DNA of 35,626 nt from an uncultured Gammaproteobacteria bacterium (GTDB lineage: Bacteria; Patescibacteriota; Microgenomatia; UBA12405), in assembly GCA_964432085.1 (NCBI GenBank), contig CAYSME010000003.1:1-35626 (forward strand), given 5' to 3'. Positions 35,420 to 35,626 of the stretch are shown here, one piece after another (the first letter of the stretch is position 1; each line of letters begins with the position of its first letter). The notes below the pieces were generated by a model. That model was not told the DNA's origin, did not search any database, and saw nothing but the letters and a program-made list of their open reading frames with translations. The position numbers and the translations under genes were made by a program.

Positions 35420-35425
35420 ATTATA
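35420..35425 (-). promoter_or_regulatory. -10 box TATAAT 6 nt upstream of the rpsF ATG
   Basis: On the minus strand: TAATATAATgagttcATG, nearly identical to the pta upstream sequence. Confidence 0.45.
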
Positions 35426-35451
35426 TTAACATATTAAGCGTAATCTAACAA

Positions 35452-35626
35452 TTACTTTATTTTTTTTATTGTACATTGATTTTCCAAATCTTCAACTAGA
35501 TATCCTTTGTTTTTAATAATTTCCCTTAATCTATCAGATTCAGACCAATTTTTATCATTTCTAGCCACTTTTCTTTCTTCCACCAACTCTAAAATTTCTT
35601 CAGGAATAGTTTCTTCTTTTCTTGAG
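35452..35626 (-). CDS. cysS: Cysteine--tRNA ligase, C-terminal end (3' fragment, continues beyond the window)
   Basis: The minus-strand frame reads ...EEILELVEERKVARNDKNWSESDRLREIIKNKGYLVEDLENQCTIKKIK*. This resembles the CysRS C-terminal tail (R..AR..K.W..SD.IR..L...G..(V/I).D). It is too short to appear in the ORF track. Confidence 0.6.
   Translation of the reverse strand, partial: SRKEETIPEEILELVEERKVARNDKNWSESDRLREIIKNKGYLVEDLENQCTIKKIK

Noticed and set aside
1-35626. CRISPR arrays, rRNA genes, prophage or a recognisable defence operon, and recoded TGA (code 4/25)
   Set aside because: No regularly spaced direct repeats with unique spacers were found. There are no rRNA signature sequences and no clustered phage or defence genes. 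All long conserved genes are intact under the standard code, with TAA/TAG as the usual stops and at least one apparent TGA stop.

Overview
This is an AT-rich, densely packed bacterial chromosomal segment. Its gene content and style suggest a Candidate Phyla Radiation / Patescibacteria-type genome: small and degenerate housekeeping proteins, no rplI next to rpsF-ssb-rpsR, and many orphan secreted or membrane proteins. This taxonomic call is inference only. The standard genetic code fits, because all long conserved genes read through intact.

Gene content, left to right:
- a 5'-partial PAP2/LssY-like gene
- a 710-aa orphan with a coupled 97-aa ORF
- a MacAB-like adaptor/ATPase/permease trio
- a membrane protein plus a HEPN-like protein
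- ferredoxin, a DsbA-like protein and a SpoU methyltransferase
- gyrB-gyrA
- a XerC/D-type recombinase isolated between two unusually large noncoding tracts
- pta
- a minus-strand block: membrane protein, yebC, LytR_C protein, rluD, short lspA, dksA/traR, Lgt-like protein
- tRNA-Leu(CAA), a RAYT-type Y1 transposase, dnaB and an MBL-like protein
- three secreted proteins, including a NodB deacetylase
- tRNA-His(GTG) followed by a partial tRNA-His duplicate
- an aldose-epimerase-like gene, hisS, a HAD hydrolase, rpmE and an N-terminally short prfA
- a minus-strand orphan-CtpA-HtrA operon
- a second RAYT-type transposase, rpsR-ssb-rpsF and the 3' end of cysS

Most noteworthy observations:
1. Upstream of hisS there is a 15-codon mini-ORF with three consecutive His codons, mutually exclusive terminator/antiterminator pairings, and a hairpin that copies the tRNA-His acceptor stem.
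2. A family of GTAG-type REP-like palindromes acts as gene-end hairpins. Near-identical copies sit in frame inside the two RAYT-like genes rather than flanking them.
3. The noncoding DNA around the xer gene is enriched for a shared G-rich 9-13-mer and for iteron-like repeats.
4. A -10 box lies 5-7 nt upstream of many start codons, which suggests mostly leaderless mRNAs.

No CRISPR array, rRNA gene or recognisable defence operon was seen.
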